A stretch of 64,000 bases of DNA from a virus. Its lineage: Duplodnaviria > Caudoviricetes. Position numbers and translations under genes: made by a program. Under the pieces are notes generated by a model. That model was not told the DNA's origin. It worked only from the letters and a program-made list of their open reading frames with translations, and searched no databases. Shown piece by piece: positions 55,576 to 64,000 of the stretch. The DNA is taken from positions 61,264-125,263 of IMG/VR virus record IMGVR_UViG_3300044667_000075; one strand, given 5' to 3'. Each line of letters starts with the position of its first letter. The first letter of the stretch is position 1.

Positions 55576-58500
55576 TTACCAGCCGCCTTGCGGGTAGCGG
55601 CGCCGGAAAGACGCGTCATGACCGGCACCGCCGAACGCTGCGCCGACGTGATCCCCTGTCGCTGCGGGGATCGCCGCCGTGATGTCGTTCTGTCGCTCCA
55701 TCAGCATGCAGAGCCTGTCGAGCTTGGCGGCCATGTCGCCTCCGCCGCCGTGGCGCGGCATGACGTCCTCGGGGCCGTGCTCGGCGAACTGGTACACGCC
55801 GCCTGACTGCATCCCGAACCCGACCACGGGCTCCCACAGCGTGCCGCCCTGCGCGAACTTGCGGACACCGTACGTGCGCAAGAGGTCCTCGATCGCCGCG
55901 ATCTGCGCCCTGTTCTTGTGTTTCTTCGCCGTCGCCAGGAGGTTGTCCAGGTTGGCTATCTGCGCCAGGACCGGCGAGTAGCGGCCGACGCCGAGGTGGG
56001 TGAGGATCGCGTTCGCCTGGTGTGCCGCGGTGAGGTTGTTCGCAGCGATGTCGCCGCGCATCAGCCCTTCGACCCGCGCGATGACCGCCGCAGCGGGGGC
56101 GTTCCCCTTCGCGGAAGCCTGCGGGATCCACGTGTGAACGCCGTAACCGGCGAGGAGCCGCTCCGTCGCCGCCTCCGCCCGCTTGTTCTTGTGTTGCCGG
56201 TAGGACAGCAGGAGCCGGTCCAGGAACGACACCTCGGACAGCTTGGAGTCGTCCTGGGTGAAGCCGAGCCAGTCAAGGATGCTGACCGCCTGGCGGGCCT
56301 GGACGATCCGGTTCCGGTACAGGTAGTCGGAGAACAGGTTGTGCGCGACGGCGATGGCAGCCTGCCGGGCCGCGTCGTGGATCGCCTTCTTTTTCTTCAC
56401 GGGCACCTGAACGCCGGTCCCGCCTCCAGCACCACCGCCTGCACCTCCCCCGCCTCCGCCGCCCGAGGACGTCGTGGCGGGCAGGCCGAGGTCGGCGCGG
56501 GTCAGCCCGAACCCGCCCCCGGAAGGCACCCCCGCTCCAGCAGTGCCACCGGGGGCGGGAGTCCCGGCGCCGGACCCGGGCGGCAGCCACCACTGTGCCA
56601 GCCAGCCGAGGACGGGATTAGCCGACCCGCCCGACGCGCCCGACAGGACAGGACCAAGCCCCCCGCCCGGCCCGCCGCTGCCCGGACGCCACCACGGCAT
56701 GATGCCGTCGCCGACCAGGCCACCGGACGCGTACCAGCCTTGCGCCACCTCATGCGCCCAAGCTCCCGCTGGCGACCCGTACCGTCCCTTGATGTAGCCG
56801 AGCCCCCAGTTGATCTGGGCCGCTGCGGAACTCGTCGGAGGGTTGGCTTCGGGCCCCATCTTGGATGGGGGCAGCGCCTGGGGGATGCCGTACGCGCCGC
56901 TGGAAGGGTTGCGGGCCAGCCTGTTCCACCCTGACTCCCTGTCCCACAGCAGGATCAGCGGGCCCATCTGCCCGCCGCCCCACCCGTAGGCGCCCAGCCG
57001 GCTCCTGGCGTACGCCTGCGCTGCCGATGCCCCGGCCGAGGCAGGGCCGCCGAGCGATCCTGGAGCGCCGCCAGCGGCTGCCTCCGCGGCGGACTTGGCC
57101 GCCTTGACCGACGCGCGCATCGCCGACACCATCGCGTCGGTCATCTGCTTCTGGAAGTCGCCGTACATGCCGGTGATGTAGGCGGGAGTCAGGTTCCCCT
57201 GCTGGCCGACCATGCCGCCCTGCGCGAACCGGCCGGCGTTGATCGCGTCCATCATCCCCGTGCCGTACTTCTGCACGGAGGAAGCCTTGACGACGTACTC
57301 GCCTTTGCTGGCCATGATCGGCACGTCGTCGGCGGTGCCGGTGGTTCCCTGGAAGATGTACCCGCCTGCCGCATGCTTCGACAGTGACGCCGCCTTGGGG
57401 TTCCCCCCGGCGGCGTTGAGCGCGGCGATGTTCGCCTGGGTGATGGAGTACGTCCCGTCGCCGGTCATCACGATCTTGACGGACTTGCCGTGCAGCGCGA
57501 GGATCGACGAGCCCAGGCCGTCGACGAGCTTCGTGGCCTGCTGGGCGTTCAGGCCCGACGCCTCCAGGTCGGCGATCAGGTCCCGGCGGGCCTGCCGGGC
57601 CTGGGAGGACTGCTCGCCGTTCCGCTGCACGGCGGTGGTGTACGCGTCCACGGCCTGCTTGGCCTGGGTGGTGGAGTAGCCCGCCCGGGTCATGTCGTCG
57701 ATGATCGACGCGGACGCGTCGGCCATCGTGGCCTTGGCGCCTGTGAGCTGGTCCCGCCACCCGGTCATGGTGCGGATCATGTCGTTGAAGCCGTTGTCGA
57801 CGTGGCCCTTGAAGTCGTCAAAGTGCCTGGACGCGCCGCGGAGCGCGCTGCCGAGGCCGGGCACCCAGCCGAACGCGTCGGCGAGGCCGTGCAGGATCGT
57901 CCCGATCGTGGACAAGATGGCGTCGGTGATCGTCTTGGCGACCTGCACGATGATGACGCCCGCTTCGACGAACCCCGCGCCGATGTCCTTGATGGCTTGG
58001 CGGAACCCGGCGGATTTATGCCACGCCTCGTAGAAGGCCACGCCAAGCGCCACAACGGCCAGGGCCACGGCGCCGACCGGGTTTGCGGCCAGCAGGTCCA
58101 GGGCCGCGCTGATCCCCTTGATGACGGACGGGACGACGGACAGGGCGAGGAACGCGACTTTCAGCCCGGCCAGGCCGATGACGATGGCCTGCAGCACGCC
58201 GGGCGGGATCGCGGTGAGGAGCGCGGACAGCGCGTCCGCCACGGCGGTGATCACGCCGGCTCCCGCGGCGGTGAACGCGCCGAGCACGGCGGTCAGGACA
58301 GGCAGGATCACCGGGAGGATGTCTGCCAGGGCTTGCAGGACGACGGTGGCGAGCTGGGTGAGCGGCGGCAGGACCGCGGACAGGGCCTGGGTGAACGCGC
58401 CGACCATGATGGAGGAGATCTGCGACAGGGCCTGGATGACTGGCGGCAGGACCGGGGTGAGGCCTTTGAGGATCGCGTTGACGAGGTTCGCGATGAGCGG

Positions 58501-60174
58501 GACGATGTTCTCCAGCGCGTCACCGAGGGTCGCGAACACCCCAGAGTTCTCCAGCAGGGTGAACACGCCGGACAGGGCGTTCGCGAACGCCGTCAGCGAC
58601 GGCGCGATGTCTTTCAGCAGCCGGGCCACGGCGGTGAACGCCGCTACCAGGTCGGCGAGCATCGCCGACGCCAGGTCCGCGACCAGTTTCCCGATGACCG
58701 ACAGGAACGGCAGCAGCGACTTGATCACCGCAGCGAACTGGGCGAACACCGGGCCGAGGGCCTGCGCGAACACGGCGGCGAGTTTCCCGATGATCGGGAA
58801 CAGCGCGCCGAGCAGGTCCAGCAGCGGGGTCAGCACCTGCACACTGGCCTTGATCGCGGGTGCCATCGCGGTGAACATCTTCCCGAGGTCCCGGCCGATG
58901 GTGCCGAGGGTCTTCCCGAACGCCTGCACTGCCGGGCCGGCGGCTTTCAGCAGCGTCGTGATGCCCGGCAGCAGCCCCTTGAGGAGCTGGCTGATCCCGT
59001 CGATCAGCGGGCGGAGCAGCGGCGCGGCGGCGCGGAACGCCTGCCCGAGCGCGGGGAGCACGGATTTCGCCAGGTCGGACAAGCCGAGCAGCGCCGGCTG
59101 GATCAGCGTCCCAGCCCCGGCGAACGCCTGCTTCAGCGCGGGTTCGATGCCTTTCAGCAGGCCGGGGATCTCGGCGAACGCCTGCTTCAGCGACCCGAGC
59201 ATCCCCCCGGCTGCGGACTGCATCGTGTCTTGCAGGGTTTTCTTGATCTGCTGCGCCTGCTGGTACAGCGGCCCTTCGGCGTTCGGGTTGGCCTTGGTGT
59301 TCTTCTGCCCGATGAGCTGCTTGGCGCCCGCCTCGACCAGGCCCAGGCCGGCCCCGCCGACACCGAGGCCGAGAGCGGGGGCCAGCAGGGCGGGCAGCCC
59401 GGCAAGGCCGAGCGCGCCGAGGCCCGCGAACCCCACTGCCCTGTTCAGGGGAAGCCCGAGGATGGACGGGCCGATGCCGCCGGCGAGGTTCTTCCCGAAC
59501 CGCGCCGCGTCCCCCGCGCCGCCGCCTCTACCTCCGCCACCGCCGGTTCCGAACAGGTGGTGCAGCGAGTTGACCACGCCGCGGATCCCCGTGGACGCTT
59601 CCCGCAGGTCCGTCGCCGCGCCGTGCATGTCGTCGGCGGCACGGCCGATGTCGCCGGCTGACCCTTTCACGTCCGACGCGGCGCCCTTGATGTCCCTCGC
59701 CGCGTCCCGCAGCGCCTGGGAATCCCCGCCGCCCTGCTGGACCACCCGGGTGGTCCCCCCGCCCCCGCCGACGTTGACGTTGACACTGCCCCCGTTGCGG
59801 CCTGAGACGGGTATGTTCCCGCCGCCTTGCGGTCCCAGGACCTGCCCGAGCATCCCCCTGGCTGCGGCCTGCTGCGGCGACGGCGCCCCCGTCACCGGAT
59901 GCGGGGAGAACAGGGCGTTCAGCGCCCCCAGGACGCTGCCCTGGGGGGAGCCGCGGAGCCGCTGCATCGCGTCACGGGAGACCAGGTTGTCCAGGTTCGC
60001 GAACGCCTTGCGTGCCTGTGACAGCGAGGCGTTGTCGAACACCGCGCTGATCTTGATGCGGTGCGGGGTGTCCTCGAGCTTCTTGACCCGTTCCTCGATC
60101 CGGCGGAGGTCGGCGTCGGCCTTGTCCGTACGGACGGTGAGGGACGCTTCTATACTACCCGCATCGAACGAAAT
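55576..60174 (-). CDS. tape measure protein with lytic transglycosylase domain (putative ATT start)
   Basis: Long Ala/Leu amphipathic repeats; WDRESGWN..NPSSGAYGIPQAL..QINWGLGYIKGRYGSP; first canonical start at 60042. Confidence 0.95.
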   Translation of the reverse strand: MSFDAGSIEASLTVRTDKADADLRRIEERVKKLEDTPHRIKISAVFDNASLSQARKAFANLDNLVSRDAMQRLRGSPQGSVLGALNALFSPHPVTGAPSPQQAAARGMLGQVLGPQGGGNIPVSGRNGGSVNVNVGGGGGTTRVVQQGGGDSQALRDAARDIKGAASDVKGSAGDIGRAADDMHGAATDLREASTGIRGVVNSLHHLFGTGGGGGRGGGAGDAARFGKNLAGGIGPSILGLPLNRAVGFAGLGALGLAGLPALLAPALGLGVGGAGLGLVEAGAKQLIGQKNTKANPNAEGPLYQQAQQIKKTLQDTMQSAAGGMLGSLKQAFAEIPGLLKGIEPALKQAFAGAGTLIQPALLGLSDLAKSVLPALGQAFRAAAPLLRPLIDGISQLLKGLLPGITTLLKAAGPAVQAFGKTLGTIGRDLGKMFTAMAPAIKASVQVLTPLLDLLGALFPIIGKLAAVFAQALGPVFAQFAAVIKSLLPFLSVIGKLVADLASAMLADLVAAFTAVARLLKDIAPSLTAFANALSGVFTLLENSGVFATLGDALENIVPLIANLVNAILKGLTPVLPPVIQALSQISSIMVGAFTQALSAVLPPLTQLATVVLQALADILPVILPVLTAVLGAFTAAGAGVITAVADALSALLTAIPPGVLQAIVIGLAGLKVAFLALSVVPSVIKGISAALDLLAANPVGAVALAVVALGVAFYEAWHKSAGFRQAIKDIGAGFVEAGVIIVQVAKTITDAILSTIGTILHGLADAFGWVPGLGSALRGASRHFDDFKGHVDNGFNDMIRTMTGWRDQLTGAKATMADASASIIDDMTRAGYSTTQAKQAVDAYTTAVQRNGEQSSQARQARRDLIADLEASGLNAQQATKLVDGLGSSILALHGKSVKIVMTGDGTYSITQANIAALNAAGGNPKAASLSKHAAGGYIFQGTTGTADDVPIMASKGEYVVKASSVQKYGTGMMDAINAGRFAQGGMVGQQGNLTPAYITGMYGDFQKQMTDAMVSAMRASVKAAKSAAEAAAGGAPGSLGGPASAGASAAQAYARSRLGAYGWGGGQMGPLILLWDRESGWNRLARNPSSGAYGIPQALPPSKMGPEANPPTSSAAAQINWGLGYIKGRYGSPAGAWAHEVAQGWYASGGLVGDGIMPWWRPGSGGPGGGLGPVLSGASGGSANPVLGWLAQWWLPPGSGAGTPAPGGTAGAGVPSGGGFGLTRADLGLPATTSSGGGGGGGAGGGAGGGTGVQVPVKKKKAIHDAARQAAIAVAHNLFSDYLYRNRIVQARQAVSILDWLGFTQDDSKLSEVSFLDRLLLSYRQHKNKRAEAATERLLAGYGVHTWIPQASAKGNAPAAAVIARVEGLMRGDIAANNLTAAHQANAILTHLGVGRYSPVLAQIANLDNLLATAKKHKNRAQIAAIEDLLRTYGVRKFAQGGTLWEPVVGFGMQSGGVYQFAEHGPEDVMPRHGGGGDMAAKLDRLCMLMERQNDITAAIPAATGDHVGAAFGGAGHDASFRRRYPQGGW

Positions 60175-60181
60175 TTCTCAT

Positions 60182-60505
60182 TCACCTCCTCTTATGCCCA
60201 GAGGAGGCCTCAAGGTCCGCGATCATCCCGGTGATGTCCACGACGCTGGCCACCTCGGCCTTGCGCTGCTGGACACCCTCCGGCATTGGCTGCGCACCTT
60301 CCTGGTCTTGCCGTTCGAACTGCAAAGGCACCGACTCGTCCTGTTCAAGCCCCTCCAGGTACACCCGCCTGACATGCCACGGCAGGGCGTCCCATTCGTC
60401 CGCCCCGTAGCCCAGGTAGCGGCGCACCATGTAGAGGACTACGCGCCGCGACGCTGCGCCAGGCTCGCCACCTGCCCGTTCCCAACGGGCGTCGCGGCTT
60501 CCGGG
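60182..60505 (-). CDS. tail assembly chaperone, frameshifted extension (gpT-like)
   Basis: -1 frame overlapping the end of the chaperone; YMVRRYLGY..EWDALPW. Confidence 0.7.
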   Translation of the reverse strand, partial: PGSRDARWERAGGEPGAASRRVVLYMVRRYLGYGADEWDALPWHVRRVYLEGLEQDESVPLQFERQDQEGAQPMPEGVQQRKAEVASVVDITGMIADLEASSGHKRR

Positions 60506-60876
60506 GACATCACCTCGCTCTGGAGCCAGTTGAAGAACAGCATCCGGCGGCGCAGCGGCACGGCGAGGATCTGCGCCTTCGACGGGGTGTCGTTGCACAG
60601 CGCGGCGTGGATGCCGGCCATCTCATCGGCGACCCGGACGAACTCGTCCGGGTCGAGGTCGTCGAGGGCCTTGGCCATCGCGTCGGGGTCGGTGACGTCG
60701 ATCTCCTCGGCCAGGCCGAGCTTGTCCCGTGCCTCCTTCATGATCCTCTTCATGCCGGCGAGGAACTCGCCGATCTGCTTGTCGGTCGGCTCGGGGATGA
60801 GCCCGTCGAAGTCGGCGTAGGGCTTGAGGCGACATTCCAGGCCCTCTACCACGCCACTAGCGTCGAATTGCGGCAT
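60439..60876 (-). CDS. tail assembly chaperone (gpG-like)
   Basis: Between the major tail and tape measure genes; AAGGAG RBS. Confidence 0.8.
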   Translation of the reverse strand: MPQFDASGVVEGLECRLKPYADFDGLIPEPTDKQIGEFLAGMKRIMKEARDKLGLAEEIDVTDPDAMAKALDDLDPDEFVRVADEMAGIHAALCNDTPSKAQILAVPLRRRMLFFNWLQSEVMSPEAATPVGNGQVASLAQRRGA

Positions 60877-60922
60877 TCCGACGCTCCTTTCCTGCTAGCT
60901 GATGGCTAGCAGGCGAACGCCG

Positions 60923-61615
60923 CTAGCCGGTGAGTGGGATGTCTTCCAGTCGGAGCAGCCGTCGGCGAAGCGCGGCCTTATCCATGCCGATTTCGACCGC
61001 GAGCGCGGTGATGCTGACACCGCTCCTCCAGCGGACCAGCAGCGCGGCGGCCTCTTCGTCGGCGAGCTTGGTACTTGCCCCCCGGAGCACGTTCTCGCGG
61101 TTGGTGACTGGCTCCAGGTGGTTGTAGTTACAGCAAGACCGGTGCGGGCAGTCATCGCCGAGCCGGCAAACGTCCGGGTCATGGCAGGTGTGATCCGGGA
61201 CCCACTTATGGGGGATCGGCCCGACGAACCGTTCGTAGCCCCAGCGGGGCGCGTAAGTGACAGATCCCCCGTCCCAGAATCGCGCGCTGCCGTTCTCGTC
61301 GATGAAGCCAGTCCACGGCCAGCACTCGTCATCACCGCGCCGATCAACGTGCGACCACCAGCGGGCCTCGTCATCGCCGACGACTCGGCTTGTGGCCATC
61401 GGATCACCGTGGCGCTCGAAGCGTTTGCGGTGCTTGTCGCACATCTCGTACCGGACCTGCCCCGCACTGCATCCCGGGATGGTGCAGTAGCGGCGCGGCG
61501 GCCCCGGCTTCCCGACGTACAGCGGGTCGCCGTGCTTCCTCCACCGGTAGTAGTGGAGTCGGCAGAAACCCTTGCAGTATCCGGTCGCGTCGCACCCGCC
61601 CACGGAGCAGTCCAT
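60923..61615 (-). CDS. HNH homing endonuclease
   Basis: Two CxxxGC..C..H..R...HGDP repeats; ECWPWTG; DHTCH...CCNYNHLEPVTNREN; C-terminal HTH. Confidence 0.9.
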   Translation of the reverse strand: MDCSVGGCDATGYCKGFCRLHYYRWRKHGDPLYVGKPGPPRRYCTIPGCSAGQVRYEMCDKHRKRFERHGDPMATSRVVGDDEARWWSHVDRRGDDECWPWTGFIDENGSARFWDGGSVTYAPRWGYERFVGPIPHKWVPDHTCHDPDVCRLGDDCPHRSCCNYNHLEPVTNRENVLRGASTKLADEEAAALLVRWRSGVSITALAVEIGMDKAALRRRLLRLEDIPLTG

Positions 61616-61659
61616 GGACTATATGCTACCCGAAAAGTGCCAGTCATGGTGTTCGAAAT

Positions 61660-62277
61660 CTAGCTTGTGGCAGGTGAAACGAGCTCGGTCCAGGTGATGG
61701 AGCTGAAGTTGCACACCGAGTTGAAGGTGAGCGGGTAGACGCGCTGCTGCGCGGCCCTGCGGTAAGCGGTCTGGACCTGCCCGGCGGAGATCACGAACGG
61801 GATGTAGAGCACGCTGGCGTACCCGTACCGGTTCTTGCCGATCAGCGCCACGGAGACCTGCTGGAACGTGGTGCTCAGCGTCAGCACGTTCTTCGCCGGC
61901 TGGCCCGCCCCTGCGCTAGTCGCCTGGATCGTCCCCGAGTTACCCCACGCGAGGTTGACGTTGGTCAGCGTCTCCTCACTCATGTTGGCCGTGAGGGTAA
62001 GGTTCGCCGTGGACACCGCGACACCGACCGGGGTCGGCTGCTCCTCGATGTTGATGTCCTGCGTGGTCGGCGCGTACGTCACGGTCGCGCCGTCCAGCAG
62101 GGCGCCGACGTAGGACCATCCGGCGGACAGCCACGCCGACCCGACACCCAGGTTCGCATCGGAGGGGACCGCCGCGCCGAGAGTGGTGGACTGCGGCGGG
62201 GAGTACATCATGATGCCGGTGCCGTACACCACATTCGTCGTGGTGTAGGCCGGCGGCGTGTAGGTCAGGGTCGGCAT
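61660..62277 (-). CDS. major tail (tube) protein
   Basis: NVVYGTG..WSYVGA.LDGATVTY..DINIEEQ..LTANMSEETLTN; upstream of the chaperones. Confidence 0.85.
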   Translation of the reverse strand: MPTLTYTPPAYTTTNVVYGTGIMMYSPPQSTTLGAAVPSDANLGVGSAWLSAGWSYVGALLDGATVTYAPTTQDINIEEQPTPVGVAVSTANLTLTANMSEETLTNVNLAWGNSGTIQATSAGAGQPAKNVLTLSTTFQQVSVALIGKNRYGYASVLYIPFVISAGQVQTAYRRAAQQRVYPLTFNSVCNFSSITWTELVSPATS

Positions 62278-62595
62278 TTACGCCTCCTCGATGGTGACCC
62301 CGGCCTCTGCCGCCTGCTCGAGGAGGACTTGGACCAGGTGGGCGGGTACTGGGCTGGGGTCGTGGGTGACGACCGCGCCGGAGAGGCTGAACGAGGAGAT
62401 GGACTCCCCGGCGCCTAGCTTGAGGCTGACCTTCGGCCCGGCGGCGGCTTCCGCGCGGGCCCTGGCGAGCTCGGCCTCAAGCGCCGCGACCCGCCCTGCC
62501 GGGTCTGCGGCCTGTGCGGGCTTCCTGGGGGCGGAGACCGGCCCCGGCGCCGCGACCGGGGCCGGGGCTTCTCCTGCCTGTCCTGGTGAGGTCAT
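62278..62595 (-). CDS. hypothetical structural-region protein
   Basis: AGGAG RBS; coupled. Confidence 0.7.
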   Translation of the reverse strand: MTSPGQAGEAPAPVAAPGPVSAPRKPAQAADPAGRVAALEAELARARAEAAAGPKVSLKLGAGESISSFSLSGAVVTHDPSPVPAHLVQVLLEQAAEAGVTIEEA

Positions 62596-62605
62596 GCTGC
62601 GGCTC

Positions 62606-63163
62606 CTAGGGGAGGATGTGGCCGAACGAGTACGCCCGGACGCTCAAGGTGGTGGTCGTGGTGAACGCGACCGCGAAACACCCGGCCGCCGCGGCGGGCA
62701 TGTTCCCCGCCGGGCTCCCGGCCACGGACGCGGGGATGTTGGTGACGTCCTGGATGTTGTACGTGGCCGGGCTGAACGGCCCGAACCAGCCTTCCTCGGT
62801 GGCCGCGATCGTCTTCGCTGTCGTCGCGGGCAGGACTTTCCCGGTCAGCTGCTCCCCGACGAGGACCTGCGCGACCCCGGCGGCGGTGGCGCCGCAGTAG
62901 TACCAGAGGATGACGTTGCCGGAGGCGTTGGGCACGAACACCACGTTGTTCGAGGACCACGCGGTGAACGTGCCGGTGCCGGTGTCGTACCCGGCCGAGG
63001 GGGCTCCCCCGGTGTACATGGTGCCGCTGGTCGGCGTGGCGTTCAGCGCGATCGGGTTCAGTACGGTAGTCACCCAGCCGGCCATGGGGCCTCCTTCGTC
63101 GTAGATGCCTGCGAGGGCCTGGTCGATGACGGGGGCTGCGGCCTGGTCCAGGACTGCGGCCAT
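62606..63163 (-). CDS. putative virion protein
   Basis: Beta-rich; alternative start at 63085 with AAGGAGG. Confidence 0.75.
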   Translation of the reverse strand: MAAVLDQAAAPVIDQALAGIYDEGGPMAGWVTTVLNPIALNATPTSGTMYTGGAPSAGYDTGTGTFTAWSSNNVVFVPNASGNVILWYYCGATAAGVAQVLVGEQLTGKVLPATTAKTIAATEEGWFGPFSPATYNIQDVTNIPASVAGSPAGNMPAAAAGCFAVAFTTTTTLSVRAYSFGHILP

Positions 63164-63191
63164 AGGGTCCCCCCTGGGCGCGGCTGCGCGG

Positions 63192-64000
63192 TCATAGCAG
63201 CCCGCACCAGAACGGCTGCGCGTTCCCGGCGCCGCCGAGGGTGCCGGAGTTGCTGGAAAGCGTCAGCGAAGACGGAAGCGACGTCTGCCCGGTGAGCTGC
63301 TTCGCCCACCGGTAGTTAGCCGCGGTGACCGCCAGGTCCCCGAACGCGCCCGTGAGGACGGAGAACTGGGTCCCGGGGACGTTCGCCGCGTACCACGGGC
63401 CGCCCGACGTGGTGCCCTGGGTGCCGATCACGTAGGCGACGTAGTAGGTGCCTGCGGCGATGTTGTGCGAGCTGCCGAGCGCGAACGCCTTCAGGCCGGT
63501 CGCGGCGGCCGAGATGTCGGAGGTGACATCGACCCGGGTGCCGGCCGGGTTGTACAACCCGAAGTAGGCGTTGAGCGGCGAACCGCCGGATGGCGCTGAC
63601 CAGTACACGGCGATCTTCGACACCAGCATGGGATGCCGGACGGCTACCTTAGCGAGGAACACGACCCCGGCCGTGTAGTTCGAGTAGGTGGGCACCGAAG
63701 TGCCGGGCGTGGTCTGCGGGTCGAAGTTCCACGCCTTGAGGTTGATGTCCGACGGGAGGGCCGCGGTGTCAGGGGCGGCGAGGTACGTGGTGCTGGTCCC
63801 GGAGTCGGTGATGAACGCCCCGGACCCCGCCTGGTGGACCAGGTTCTTCCCGATGACCACGCCCGTGGCGCCGGAATCGATGAGGATGTCGTTCAACGCG
63901 AAATTGTTGAACGAGCAGTCGTCGATGTGGAATGCGGTGCAGTTCGCGGTGACCTCGACGCCGTTCGCGGTCGTCGCGCCCGTCCCGGTGAGGTTGCAGC
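63192..64000 (-). CDS. beta-helix/fibre-like virion protein (5'-truncated by the window)
   Basis: Frame appears open to the window edge; beta-helix-like repeats, then a C-terminal domain (LKAWNFDP...YYVAYV). Confidence 0.75.
   Translation of the reverse strand, partial: CNLTGTGATTANGVEVTANCTAFHIDDCSFNNFALNDILIDSGATGVVIGKNLVHQAGSGAFITDSGTSTTYLAAPDTAALPSDINLKAWNFDPQTTPGTSVPTYSNYTAGVVFLAKVAVRHPMLVSKIAVYWSAPSGGSPLNAYFGLYNPAGTRVDVTSDISAAATGLKAFALGSSHNIAAGTYYVAYVIGTQGTTSGGPWYAANVPGTQFSVLTGAFGDLAVTAANYRWAKQLTGQTSLPSSLTLSSNSGTLGGAGNAQPFWCGLL

Larger units (their letters stand above)
1..64000. mobile_element. Temperate actinobacterial siphophage/prophage (partial; possibly a phage-plasmid)
   Basis: Repressor/Cro switch, ERF recombinase, Rep plus primase-helicase, tape measure, major tail protein and tail fibres; no host housekeeping genes. 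Confidence 0.95.

Noticed and set aside
57490-60820. 723-aa and 900-aa plus-strand ORFs
   Set aside because: Antisense shadows of the tape measure gene, expected at high GC.

Overview
High-GC (visually about 70%) actinobacterial temperate siphophage or prophage segment. The head and terminase genes lie beyond the right edge, and no endolysin is recognisable. 1.2-2.3 kb: CI-like/Cro-like immunity switch. 2.3-20.7 kb (+): early and replication operon with an ERF recombinase, HNH, Gp37/Gp68, VRR-NUC, a dual-frame C5 DNA methyltransferase, a RepA-like initiator with 12-bp iterons and a primase-helicase. 20.9-28.3 kb: a second HTH switch and about 20 small accessory genes. 28.3-34.4 kb: a small-peptide/structured-RNA locus, a Cre-like tyrosine recombinase with a dif/loxP-like site, and XRE, PadR, EndoVII and RHH-like genes. 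34.5-36.5 kb: three tandem Y-RNA-like RNAs followed by a Ro60/TROVE gene. 36.8-38.2 kb: a secreted protein and a BldC homologue. 38.4-64 kb (-): tail module (fibres, beta-helix proteins, tape measure with a transglycosylase domain, chaperones, HNH, major tail protein). The top observation is the Ro60 locus. Its three RNAs share one scaffold but carry different tRNA parts: a Pro-UGG anticodon stem-loop, a permuted T/acceptor/D elbow, and a Ser-GCU anticodon stem-loop plus T arm. All calls come from manual motif reading and base-pairing; no database searches were run.
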